Assembly: GCA_027858315.1 (NCBI GenBank)
Contig: JAQICV010000041.1
Span: 1 to 63,415 of the forward strand
DNA: 63,415 bases
Origin: Candidatus Woesearchaeota archaeon
GTDB taxonomy: Archaea; Nanobdellota; Nanobdellia; Woesearchaeales; UBA583
Direction: 5' to 3'
The position numbers and the translations under genes are program-made. The notes below the pieces were generated by a model. That model saw nothing but the letters and a program-made list of their open reading frames with translations. It was not told the DNA's origin and made no database searches. Numbering within the stretch: position 1 is the first letter of the stretch; each line of letters starts with the position of its first letter. This document shows, piece by piece, positions 17,992 to 27,312 of this stretch.

Positions 17992-19830
17992 ATGGCTATG
18001 GTTAAAAAGGTTTTAATATTACTGATTGGGATTTTTGCACTGCTTAGCGTATCATACGCAACACAGGAGCAAATTCTAATTGAGTTAAATGAATTCGTAG
18101 ATCAGGAAGTTATCTACAATCCATTAAAGTTTGGCGGAACAGGCGTTGGTACTTGGTCTGATGCTAATGAGAATCAATCTTCATATTCTATTACTGGATA
18201 TGTTGTAGTATCAAATACAAATCCTAATGGAAAAACACTCTCGGATATATACATTTCATTAGATAATACTAATAATATGACTCTTCCGGTTTTACATCAA
18301 GGAAGAAATGGTACTTTTATTAGTAATAATCCTGCAAGTAATTTATTAGTTTTACATATTCCTGAGTTAATGACAGGAGAGAATAGTACTTGGGTTTATT
18401 CTGTAAACACTACAAGTATTAGACCTCCTTTAAATTTTACTTCAACATATTCAGATAGTAAAGTTTTAGCTGGTGATAATGTAACAATATATGATAGAGT
18501 TGAAAATGTATATGATAATGAAACTTATCAATTAAACACTTGTATTTATGGGATTAATGTATCTCAAACAACTGTGCCTGTTAATTTTTCAGGACTTATG
18601 CAAGATTATTTCTTTTTCCCTATTTCAACAGCAGGTTCTGATGCAACTAATGTAACTTATCCTGCAGCTTACGCAGATAAAACTCAACATTGGTCAGTTT
18701 TAGGTGGAGGCAATTCATGTTTGGATAAAGGTGCAAGTACTGATATTGAATACATAGTTTCAACTCCTTTAAATATTCCAAAGACAACAGATTATACAAT
18801 GCTTAATACAACACTAAAATATAATTTAAATAGTACAATATCTCATACTAGAGTTATAGATATTGTTGCTTTAAGTGAGGCATATTTGGATTTTGAGAAA
18901 AAAATTCTAAAACCTTCTCATCCAACACTTTATGGAAGTAATGTGACTTGGAATGTAACTGGCTATTTTGCAACTGATATTAATATATCTTATGTTTTAG
19001 AAGAAGTAACTTTATGGGTATCACAAAGAAATGTGAATGGTATTTATACTGACCCAAATACTGTAGATAATGATACTATTGCAACAACTGTTCCTTTAAC
19101 TGTAGAAACAAATCCTTTCGTTGTAGTAAATACGACATCCCCTTGGTCAAGTTCAAATTGGTTATTCAATTATTCCGATATTCCTTCTCCTATTGTTTGG
19201 ATGGATATTAATTTTTCAATTGATAATGATGGAACTCAACTAATTAATAGAAGTATTACTAAAAATGGTAGAGATATTTATATTAAAGAAATCTATTTAA
19301 TTATTGGTTATTGGTTAGAAATTAACAAAAATATTACTGCAATTTCAGATGATGAATATCATGTAAGAATCGATGTTCACAACAAAGGAAATCAAGTAAC
19401 TCCTGCAGATACAATTGTAACAATTTACGATTTCATTCCTGGAAATTATAATTTGACTGGTCCTTTTGTTTTTAGTAATTCGCCATGGTATACTACAGCA
19501 AATACTAGTAATAATATTTCTGGAATTTATAATGGTACACTTCATCAATGGGGTCTAGTTCCAACTGGAGTTGGAGGTTTAAATACTTCTTTTGCACAAG
19601 GTCCAGGAATTAGTGTTAATACTTCATGGAGTGCAGATTATAATGTTACAGGTATTGGAGATTACACTTTACTGGACATATTTATTACAGGTTTAGATCC
19701 TCAAAAAGTAGATGGTGCAGGTTCAACAAATACTGTAATTGTTACAGAAGTTATGGATAGACTAAAAAGTACTGAAGGAATATTTGCAGCAGTTGCAAGT
19801 GTTTTATTACTATTAGGTTTATTATTATAA
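17992..19830 (+). CDS. Secreted beta-rich surface glycoprotein with C-terminal hydrophobic anchor
   Basis: Signal peptide, many NxS/T sequons, T/N/V-rich, ends in a hydrophobic helix. Confidence 0.75.
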   Translation: MAMVKKVLILLIGIFALLSVSYATQEQILIELNEFVDQEVIYNPLKFGGTGVGTWSDANENQSSYSITGYVVVSNTNPNGKTLSDIYISLDNTNNMTLPVLHQGRNGTFISNNPASNLLVLHIPELMTGENSTWVYSVNTTSIRPPLNFTSTYSDSKVLAGDNVTIYDRVENVYDNETYQLNTCIYGINVSQTTVPVNFSGLMQDYFFFPISTAGSDATNVTYPAAYADKTQHWSVLGGGNSCLDKGASTDIEYIVSTPLNIPKTTDYTMLNTTLKYNLNSTISHTRVIDIVALSEAYLDFEKKILKPSHPTLYGSNVTWNVTGYFATDINISYVLEEVTLWVSQRNVNGIYTDPNTVDNDTIATTVPLTVETNPFVVVNTTSPWSSSNWLFNYSDIPSPIVWMDINFSIDNDGTQLINRSITKNGRDIYIKEIYLIIGYWLEINKNITAISDDEYHVRIDVHNKGNQVTPADTIVTIYDFIPGNYNLTGPFVFSNSPWYTTANTSNNISGIYNGTLHQWGLVPTGVGGLNTSFAQGPGISVNTSWSADYNVTGIGDYTLLDIFITGLDPQKVDGAGSTNTVIVTEVMDRLKSTEGIFAAVASVLLLLGLLL

Positions 19831-19861
19831 TTAAATACTTAAAATTATTTTTATATATAAG

Positions 19862-20611
19862 ATGCATTCGAAGAATAGATATTTAAAGTTTTTTTTAGCA
19901 TTCATAGTATTAGTTTTTTTATCTAATCTTGTTTATTCTAATGTTGAAGTTTTTTCAAATTACGATACTGTTGTAACAATTAATAGTGATAATTATATTG
20001 ATGTAAATAAAACTCTAACTCTAAAAAATGTTTATAGTGTAGGAATAGTTCCTGGACAAATTGAATTTAAAGTTGCAAAAGGAATTGATGGTAGTTTATC
20101 AAACATTGAAATTCAAAATGTTTCAGCAGTAGATCAATATGGGAAAGAAATTAAGACAAGAGTTAGAAATACTGACAAATACTCAGTGATTATAGTTGAT
20201 GTTTATTATCCTTTACTTCCTGGATTTGAATACAAATTTAACTTAAATTATCAATTAGGATATGATCCTGGTGGAATTTTTTTTAAGAGTTTACAAATAC
20301 CTTTAAGAGAAAGTACGATTCCTATTGAAAAAGGAGAATTTAAAGTAGTTCTTCCTGAGAATTATCATTTTACATATGTTGAAGAGAATACTGATACTAA
20401 AACTAGTATTGAGGGAAATAATGCTGTTTGGGAAATTAAAGATAATCTGCCTAATTCAATAGTATTTGAATATTCGTATCTTCCTATTTCAATAGGTTCA
20501 TTTAAAGGTTCATATATTTTTTGGATTACAATAAATATAATTTTACTGACTATATTATTTGTCGAAGTTAAAAGAGAAATTAAGAAGGTGAAAGGACAAA
20601 ATGATGTTTAG
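19862..20611 (+). CDS. Surface protein with signal peptide and C-terminal TM
   Basis: Hydrophobic N-terminus, beta-rich body, TM plus basic tail; middle gene of an apparent operon. Confidence 0.75.
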   Translation: MHSKNRYLKFFLAFIVLVFLSNLVYSNVEVFSNYDTVVTINSDNYIDVNKTLTLKNVYSVGIVPGQIEFKVAKGIDGSLSNIEIQNVSAVDQYGKEIKTRVRNTDKYSVIIVDVYYPLLPGFEYKFNLNYQLGYDPGGIFFKSLQIPLRESTIPIEKGEFKVVLPENYHFTYVEENTDTKTSIEGNNAVWEIKDNLPNSIVFEYSYLPISIGSFKGSYIFWITINIILLTILFVEVKREIKKVKGQNDV

Positions 20612-22301
20612 ATCATTTATTAAAAGTTTTATTTTAATTATTTTTTCAATTATTTTTTTGAGTAGTATAGTATACTCTATAAAAGTTGAAATTTCAATTA
20701 CAGAAGATAGTGCTGTAACTAAATTATTAAATGATAAATACTCTCTTGATGCAAGTGGAATTTTAACAATTAAAAATCCTTCAAATGTAAGTAAAGTATA
20801 TGAGTTTGTTCTTCCTCTAGACTTAGATTCATTAATTGGGATAAACAAAATAAATTTGCCAAATTCTTCGACATTTAATAATATTACAAATATAACAACT
20901 TCAATTTCACCAAATTCTGAAAAATTTGAATTTAGTTTTGATAAAATTAAAGGTTATATGATTGAACCAAATCAATCAATTAGTGTAGGATATCATATCT
21001 TTGGACTTTCCGAGTATAATATTTACAATAATTTAAATGATACCCAAAGTGTTTTAGATTATTATGTGAAATCTTATGATCTAGTTTCAAATGTTATTTT
21101 AAATTTGCAAAAACCACAAAGGGAAGATTTCGAATATAATATAGATGGAACTTTAAATAAAACTCCATCATCAAATTCTTCAAGACTGGTTTCAGCACAA
21201 ATTAGAAATCCTACTGATTATGATTATTTCATCGATGAATTAAAATTATATAAAACTTCAGTTTCAGACCCATTTTTTAATAATGGTGGAGTTTTAAATT
21301 CATATTTTAATCTCTCGATTAATCCTTTTGGTTATAGGGAAGTAGATTTTTACGATATAAATAGTGATGAAACTTCAGTATACTGGGTATCTTCTAGTGT
21401 TTTCATATTAACTGATATAAATTCAACATTAAGTAAAGTATACAAGCTTGAAAATAAAGGTGGTGGAAGTTCTGATAATGATGCTAATACTGGTGGTGGC
21501 GGTGGAGTATATATTAGTGATACTATAAAAGATTCAATCATTTTCAAAAAAGATGTTGATAAAACTATCATTTCTAAAGGTGATGAATTCAATGTAATAT
21601 TGACTCTTGCAAATGTAAAAGATAGAACTATTCTAGATTTAGAATTAAGTGATGAAGTGCCTGAAGGATATGAAATCAAAAATGTATCAACAAGCGTTAA
21701 AATTTCAAATAGGGATTTAACTTTTGATATTTCTAAAATTGAAGGATATGAAACAAAAAATATAATATATACTTTGGTTTCGAAAAAAGAATATAAAGGA
21801 ATTACATACTTAAAACCTGCAAAATTATCTCATAATGATGAGACATTATACTCTGAAGGTGTTCTTTTAATTAATGATATGCTCCCTGATCAAAAAATTT
21901 TCATTCAAAAAGAAGTAAAATATATGGATGATGATTATGCAAAAGTAATAATTACTGTGAAAAATTTAGGAAATTTTCATCTTGAAGATTTATTAATTTC
22001 AGATGAAATTCCTGATGATTCGATAATAAAGCAAATTTCGAAAGTATTTTTAGAGAGAGGAGTTTGGTCAATTAAATCTTTAAAGCCTGGAGAAGAATGG
22101 GAAGTCTCATATTTAATTTCAAGGGATGGTTCAAATTTTGATACCCTACCAAATATTTTTGGTGTAGAAAAATCAGATGTGTATGGAACGATGATATTTT
22201 CTGAAGAAATTGTCACAATCTTTAATGAAGAACCAAGAACTATAGAAAAAGTGGGGATGACTCTTGCAGTAGGCTTTTTGATAGTATATTTATTATTCTA
22301 A
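20601..22301 (+). CDS. Surface protein with DUF11-like repeats and C-terminal anchor
   Basis: Signal peptide, Gly-rich linker, two K.V...V.I...N......L.I.DE.P repeats, terminal hydrophobic helix. Confidence 0.72.
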   Translation: MMFRSFIKSFILIIFSIIFLSSIVYSIKVEISITEDSAVTKLLNDKYSLDASGILTIKNPSNVSKVYEFVLPLDLDSLIGINKINLPNSSTFNNITNITTSISPNSEKFEFSFDKIKGYMIEPNQSISVGYHIFGLSEYNIYNNLNDTQSVLDYYVKSYDLVSNVILNLQKPQREDFEYNIDGTLNKTPSSNSSRLVSAQIRNPTDYDYFIDELKLYKTSVSDPFFNNGGVLNSYFNLSINPFGYREVDFYDINSDETSVYWVSSSVFILTDINSTLSKVYKLENKGGGSSDNDANTGGGGGVYISDTIKDSIIFKKDVDKTIISKGDEFNVILTLANVKDRTILDLELSDEVPEGYEIKNVSTSVKISNRDLTFDISKIEGYETKNIIYTLVSKKEYKGITYLKPAKLSHNDETLYSEGVLLINDMLPDQKIFIQKEVKYMDDDYAKVIITVKNLGNFHLEDLLISDEIPDDSIIKQISKVFLERGVWSIKSLKPGEEWEVSYLISRDGSNFDTLPNIFGVEKSDVYGTMIFSEEIVTIFNEEPRTIEKVGMTLAVGFLIVYLLF

Positions 22302-22494
22302 AAATTATGATATGCAAAGCAAATCTATTCTTTTGGTCCATACTTTCGCAAGAAATTAAAAATTTCTGTGCACTAAAAATTTATTCAAAATTTTTCTATG
22401 TCTTAATGAGTCAATTTTTTGACGAATGTTAAAGAAAAGGTGGGTAGGGATGACTCTTGCTGTAGGTTTCTTAATAGTATATTTATTATTCTAA
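22251..22494 (+). repeat. Direct repeat of the last 17 codons of the 566-aa gene (22251-22301 and 22444-22494)
   Basis: 51-nt copies differ at 5 positions, all synonymous third-codon positions. Confidence 0.92.
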
Positions 22495-22577
22495 TTATTA
22501 CTAATATTATATTGAATTTTCATTCATTTTTTTCTCAGATAAGTAACTTTTATAAATTAATAGTATGTTTAAATTAT

Positions 22578-22901
22578 ATGACAGTAAAACATATAACAAC
22601 TATGGCAGAATTTCAAAAAGAAGTTCTTGATTCTGACAAACCAACAATCGTTGATTTTTGGGCAGAGTGGTGTGGTCCTTGTAGAATGCTTGGTCCTATT
22701 TTTGAAGCAGTTGCAACTGAGAGAGATGATATAGTCTTTGTAAAAGTTGATGTGGATGAAGCGCAAGAAATTGCAGGAAAATATGGTATCATGAGTATTC
22801 CTTCCATATTAATAATTAAAGAAGGTGAAGTAGTTGATCAACAAATGGGAGCTGTTCCTAAAGATGTTCTGAATTCTTTCATTGATAAAAACATTAAATA
22901 A
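22578..22901 (+). CDS. trxA: Thioredoxin
   Basis: VDFWAEWCGPC; ATG 22578 (the TTG extension runs through a repeat). Confidence 0.96.
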   Translation: MTVKHITTMAEFQKEVLDSDKPTIVDFWAEWCGPCRMLGPIFEAVATERDDIVFVKVDVDEAQEIAGKYGIMSIPSILIIKEGEVVDQQMGAVPKDVLNSFIDKNIK

Positions 22902-23051
22902 ATTTTTATTTTTTTAAATAGTTCTATAAATAATATTTTTTATTTTATGTACTTAAAAATCTTTGATATTTTTTAGAGACATTTGTAATAACTAAAATAA
23001 GATATAAAATTCTAAAGATAGATTTTTAAACAGAATTAACTTAAGTAAATT

Positions 23052-23729
23052 ATGTATAAAGTAATTGGAATTGATGAAGCTGGAAAAGGGCCAGTTTTAG
23101 GTTCTATGTTTATTGGTTTTTCTATAATTAATTTAGCTAATGGTCTAAAAGATTTAAATGAGTATCAAGATAATTTGAAAAGTATTGGAGTAAAAGACTC
23201 GAAACTTCTAACATCAAAAAAAAGGAATGAACTTTATCAAATTTTAAAAGACACTATGGATTTAAAATATGCTCAAATAACTCCTGCTTTAATTGATTCA
23301 AATAATGCTCAAGGAGGTAAATTAAATGAACTTGAAGTTGATGCTATTGTAAAAATATTGGAATCAGAAAAACCTGACCTAGTAATGATTGATGCACTAA
23401 CAGCAAATCCTGAAAAATTTGGACAAGATATTCTTAAAAAATTATCTTTTGAACCAAAAATGATTTCTGAAAATAAAGCAGATGTAAAATACACAATAGT
23501 TGGAGCAGCATCAATTGCAGCTAAAGAATTACGAGAACAAGAACTTGAAGAAATTAGAAAAAATATTGGAATTGATTGTGGAAGTGGTTATCCTGCTGAC
23601 CCAAAAACTAAAGCTTTTCTAAAAGAACACTACGAATCAAAAGAATTTGACTTCATATTTAGAAAGTCTTGGCAAACCTATAAAAATTTGGTTGGTGATA
23701 AGACAAACAAATCTTTGTTAGATTTTTAA
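23052..23729 (+). CDS. rnhB: Ribonuclease HII
   Basis: GIDEAGKGPV, VKDSK, KAD...VGAASIAAK, GSGYP.DP, RKSW. Confidence 0.96.
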   Translation: MYKVIGIDEAGKGPVLGSMFIGFSIINLANGLKDLNEYQDNLKSIGVKDSKLLTSKKRNELYQILKDTMDLKYAQITPALIDSNNAQGGKLNELEVDAIVKILESEKPDLVMIDALTANPEKFGQDILKKLSFEPKMISENKADVKYTIVGAASIAAKELREQELEEIRKNIGIDCGSGYPADPKTKAFLKEHYESKEFDFIFRKSWQTYKNLVGDKTNKSLLDF

Positions 23730-24316
23730 TCTAGATGTTCAACATTACCAATATCATGATTCTTCAATTCTCTTTTTTCATCAATATCAATAATTGAAAT
23801 TGAAGCATTAGGTTTTTTAATTTCATAAACTCCAACTTCCCAAGGGATTTTTTTAAGAATTGAAAGAAGCATTTTTAAAGTTCCTCCATGTGAAACAACT
23901 AATATGGTTTTACCAAAATGTTCTTTATGAATTTCATCTAAAAACTTTTCAACTCTTTCTCTAAAAATTGTTGGGCGTTCAACACTAAATTTTTCATAAG
24001 TATCATCTTTCTTAACTTTCGGATAATCTACATTATCATAGCTCTCTCCCTCAAAATCTCCGAAATCTCTCTCAGTAATTTCATCCAAAGTTTTAATTTC
24101 TTTATTATGAAATTCATTAATAATTTGAGCAGTTTTCATTGCTCTCTTAAGTGGGGAAGATATAATTAAGTCAAAATCAAAATCTTTAAGGAACTCCGCA
24201 GTTTTCTTAACTTGGCCAATACCAACTTCATTTAATTCCTTATCAGTTCTCTTTCCTTGATAAACTCTTTTAGTATTTAAATCAGTCTGTCCATGTCTTA
24301 CTAGAATTAATTTCAT
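23726..24316 (-). CDS. Histidine phosphatase (phosphoglycerate mutase family)
   Basis: LVRHGQT, SSPLKRA, ERDFG, VSHGG. Confidence 0.92.
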   Translation of the reverse strand: MKLILVRHGQTDLNTKRVYQGKRTDKELNEVGIGQVKKTAEFLKDFDFDLIISSPLKRAMKTAQIINEFHNKEIKTLDEITERDFGDFEGESYDNVDYPKVKKDDTYEKFSVERPTIFRERVEKFLDEIHKEHFGKTILVVSHGGTLKMLLSILKKIPWEVGVYEIKKPNASISIIDIDEKRELKNHDIGNVEHLD

Positions 24317-24368
24317 TTTTTGTTCTCCGAGCAAAAAGATGCCCAAAAATTATTTTCAATTTTTAAGA

Positions 24369-26102
24369 TCATTTCTCCGTATAAAAATTTAATATTTGTG
24401 GTTTTCTAGTTCTAGTATTAACTAGGATAACTTTTCCAATATCTGGATACATTCCCATTTTTTCTTGATAATCACTCATCTCTACCCAACATCCACAACT
24501 AATTATCGAACATCCTTTATAATTGGCAAGACTCATTTTATGTGTATGTCCTGTAATGAAAAAATCAGGCATTTTTTTAATAACTAAAGGATCATTTTGC
24601 GAATCAGGAACATAAAGTGTAGATCCATGTGATGGTGCTAGGTGTCTCTTTTCAAGAAGGTACTTTACAACCTCTTCAGGAGACTTAACTCCACCTTTTT
24701 CCCTTAAGTGTTGTATCTTGTCTGCATAATAAAAAAAACTACCTCCATGATACAAATAAAAATCTAATCCTCCACTAGGATCCTTTGAAAAAAGACAAAC
24801 AGTTGAAGGATTCGAAACCATAATAACATTTTCCATATTATACAAAGCGTATGTTTTTTCATAAGATAATTTAAGTTGTGGTTCTGATAAACGAGAAGTA
24901 TCGTGATTTCCTGGAATTATAATAATGCATTTATCTTTTGGAATTTGAGAAAGCCATCTTGCAGCATCATGGTATTGTAATTCTGTTGAAAAAATTCTAA
25001 CATCCTCTCCTTGTCCTGGATAAACTCCTATACCTTCAATTATATCTCCTGCAATGACTATATATTTAACTTTTTTAGCAAGCTCATTAAGTTCATCTGA
25101 ACTAGTATTTCCATTAATCCAATCAATAAATTTTTGAAATGCCTCATCAACAAAAACTTTTGAACCAAAATGTATATCCGAAAGACATGCAACATAACCA
25201 CCATTCTCAGTTTTTTTAAGTTCAGAGTTATTAGGTGGAGAAGGGATAATTATTTCATCAGTCCAGATAATATTCTTTCCAACTTTGCCTAAAATTCCAA
25301 TACCCTCGTCCAAACAAAGTCCTGCAACTATCTTTAAGAGTTCTTTTTTATCTTTGTTAATAAAACATTTAATCTCTCCACCTTTATCTTCAATAGTAAG
25401 CATAATATGTCCATTTTTTGTTTCAATAATCTCTGAAACAAGTCCAATAACTGTAACTACTGTATTTGTTTCAAAAAGATCTTTAAGCTTAGAAATTCTC
25501 ATAACATTATCTGCATTAACTCTACCCTCTAGGAGGTTAGTAAAATATTCCAGTCTTTTTGTGAAATACAAAACAAAATCATTAACTGTAGTTTTTTTAC
25601 CTCTCGTAGTATAGTCAAAAGTTATATCTACTCCAAACTCTTTAGCTTTTCTTAAAGTATCTTCTTCAATGTCAAAATTATCTTCTTTTTCAAATATCTT
25701 AGGGTCAATCCTATAACCACTTTCATCTATTTTTCCATCAATTAATGACTTGTCATGTAATGGTTTTTCAGGAACATGAAGTCCAATTTCACTTTTAATA
25801 AAAAGAATAAAATTTTCATAGATTCTCTTTTTTCTTTTATTATTTTTTGCACTAAGAATTATTTCTGTGAAATCTTCCCAATTAATTTTTTGAAGTTTTT
25901 TAATATTATCTTCATTAAGATCAAAATCATTAATAATTTCTTTCAAATCATTATTTATAACTTTTAATTTAATATCTTTTCTAGCAATACTCTCAAGTTT
26001 ATTTAAAAAATCAAGTTTTTGATTTTCACTTTCAAATTCTAATTTTTCTATAAGTTCTATATCAAATTTTTCTAGAATTAATTCTATATCACTATTATTC
26101 AT
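24369..26102 (-). CDS. polB: DNA polymerase D small (proofreading) subunit DP1
   Basis: OB fold plus calcineurin-like motifs SDIHFGS, AGDIIEGIGVYPGQ, PGNHD, RHLAP, GHTH. Confidence 0.93.
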   Translation of the reverse strand: MNNSDIELILEKFDIELIEKLEFESENQKLDFLNKLESIARKDIKLKVINNDLKEIINDFDLNEDNIKKLQKINWEDFTEIILSAKNNKRKKRIYENFILFIKSEIGLHVPEKPLHDKSLIDGKIDESGYRIDPKIFEKEDNFDIEEDTLRKAKEFGVDITFDYTTRGKKTTVNDFVLYFTKRLEYFTNLLEGRVNADNVMRISKLKDLFETNTVVTVIGLVSEIIETKNGHIMLTIEDKGGEIKCFINKDKKELLKIVAGLCLDEGIGILGKVGKNIIWTDEIIIPSPPNNSELKKTENGGYVACLSDIHFGSKVFVDEAFQKFIDWINGNTSSDELNELAKKVKYIVIAGDIIEGIGVYPGQGEDVRIFSTELQYHDAARWLSQIPKDKCIIIIPGNHDTSRLSEPQLKLSYEKTYALYNMENVIMVSNPSTVCLFSKDPSGGLDFYLYHGGSFFYYADKIQHLREKGGVKSPEEVVKYLLEKRHLAPSHGSTLYVPDSQNDPLVIKKMPDFFITGHTHKMSLANYKGCSIISCGCWVEMSDYQEKMGMYPDIGKVILVNTRTRKPQILNFYTEK

Positions 26103-26203
26103 ATATATTTGAAGATACTTTTATTTATATATTTTTACTTATGAATTTTCAAATAGATTTAAAAAACAAATAAACTTAAATACTTCCTAAATTAGATTAA
26201 CAT

Positions 26204-26554
26204 ATGGTTGAAACGGAAAGTGAATTATTATCTTTAATTTATTCGAATTTAAAAGAATTATTAGATCAAATTGAAGATAAGAAAATATTTGTTGAGTTAA
26301 TGAGGAAAAATTCAAATTTAGAAAGTCGACTTCATACTACAAACTTCAAACTTAAAATTTCAATTAATGGAATTAAAGATGAGGATTTAAGTGAATTAAC
26401 ATATAAAATGAATACTTACAAAAATAATCTCTCTTCGGCTCATTCAAATTTTTTGGGAAAATCTGACGAGAATTATAATAAAATAAAAAATATTGCAATA
26501 TTACAATTAAAAGATCTCTTCATTTGTGCATATGATTTAGGAATCCATTTATAA
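26204..26554 (+). CDS. Hypothetical protein
   Basis: 116-aa ORF, no motif recognised. Confidence 0.5.
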   Translation: MVETESELLSLIYSNLKELLDQIEDKKIFVELMRKNSNLESRLHTTNFKLKISINGIKDEDLSELTYKMNTYKNNLSSAHSNFLGKSDENYNKIKNIAILQLKDLFICAYDLGIHL

Positions 26555-26579
26555 ATACATATTTCTTACTAATATATAA

Positions 26580-27284
26580 GTGGCTAAAATTACTAGGGAA
26601 AAATTTAAAGTATATTCAGGAGTATTTGATGAATTTACTTTAAATACATTAGAATTTCTGAAAAGAAAGAATTACTATGACAAATTTGGAAAACCTATTA
26701 AAACTGGAAAAGAAGGTGATGTCTATTCAGCAGTAAAAGGGGAAGAAATAAGAGCAATTAAAATTTACAGATTAACTAATGCTAATTTCAAAAAAATTTC
26801 TGAATACATCAATCGTGATTTCAGATTTAGAAACATTAAAGGTAATTTAAGAAAATCAATTTTAGTTTGGGTACAAAAAGAATATCGTAACCTTTCAATA
26901 TGTCATAAGGCTAACATGAATGTTCCTTATCCTTACAAACAATCGAATAATATAATTATTATGGAGTACATTGAAGGAGGAATGTTAAAAGATATTCCTC
27001 TTTCAAATCCTGAAGAATTTTTTGATTTATTAATTGAACAAATGTATATTATGAAACATGAAGCAAAACTAATTCATGGAGACCTTTCAGAATTTAATAT
27101 AATGGTGAAAGATGATTTGCCAGTAATTATTGATATGGGTCAAGCAATGACAATAAAAAATAATGATGATTTCAAAGAATTTTACGATTTATATGAAAGA
27201 GATGTTAAAAATGTTGTAAGATATTTTAACAAAAGATATTCTCTTAATGTATCTGAAGAAGAAACTTTTCAAAAACTTTTATGA
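26580..27284 (+). CDS. rio1: RIO1 family Ser/Thr kinase
   Basis: TGKEGDVY, AIKIY, KEYRNL, HGDLSEFNI, IDMGQA. Confidence 0.93.
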   Translation: MAKITREKFKVYSGVFDEFTLNTLEFLKRKNYYDKFGKPIKTGKEGDVYSAVKGEEIRAIKIYRLTNANFKKISEYINRDFRFRNIKGNLRKSILVWVQKEYRNLSICHKANMNVPYPYKQSNNIIIMEYIEGGMLKDIPLSNPEEFFDLLIEQMYIMKHEAKLIHGDLSEFNIMVKDDLPVIIDMGQAMTIKNNDDFKEFYDLYERDVKNVVRYFNKRYSLNVSEEETFQKLL

Positions 27285-27312
27285 AATAAAATTCAATAAA
27301 AATTTAAATTTT

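Noticed and set aside
22251..22494. Diversity-generating retroelement VR/TR pair
   Set aside because: Mismatches are not adenine-specific, are all synonymous, and no reverse transcriptase is present
22419..22577. N-terminal TM extension on thioredoxin
   Set aside because: TTG-started extension reads through the duplicated gene end; TATA at ~22548 supports ATG 22578
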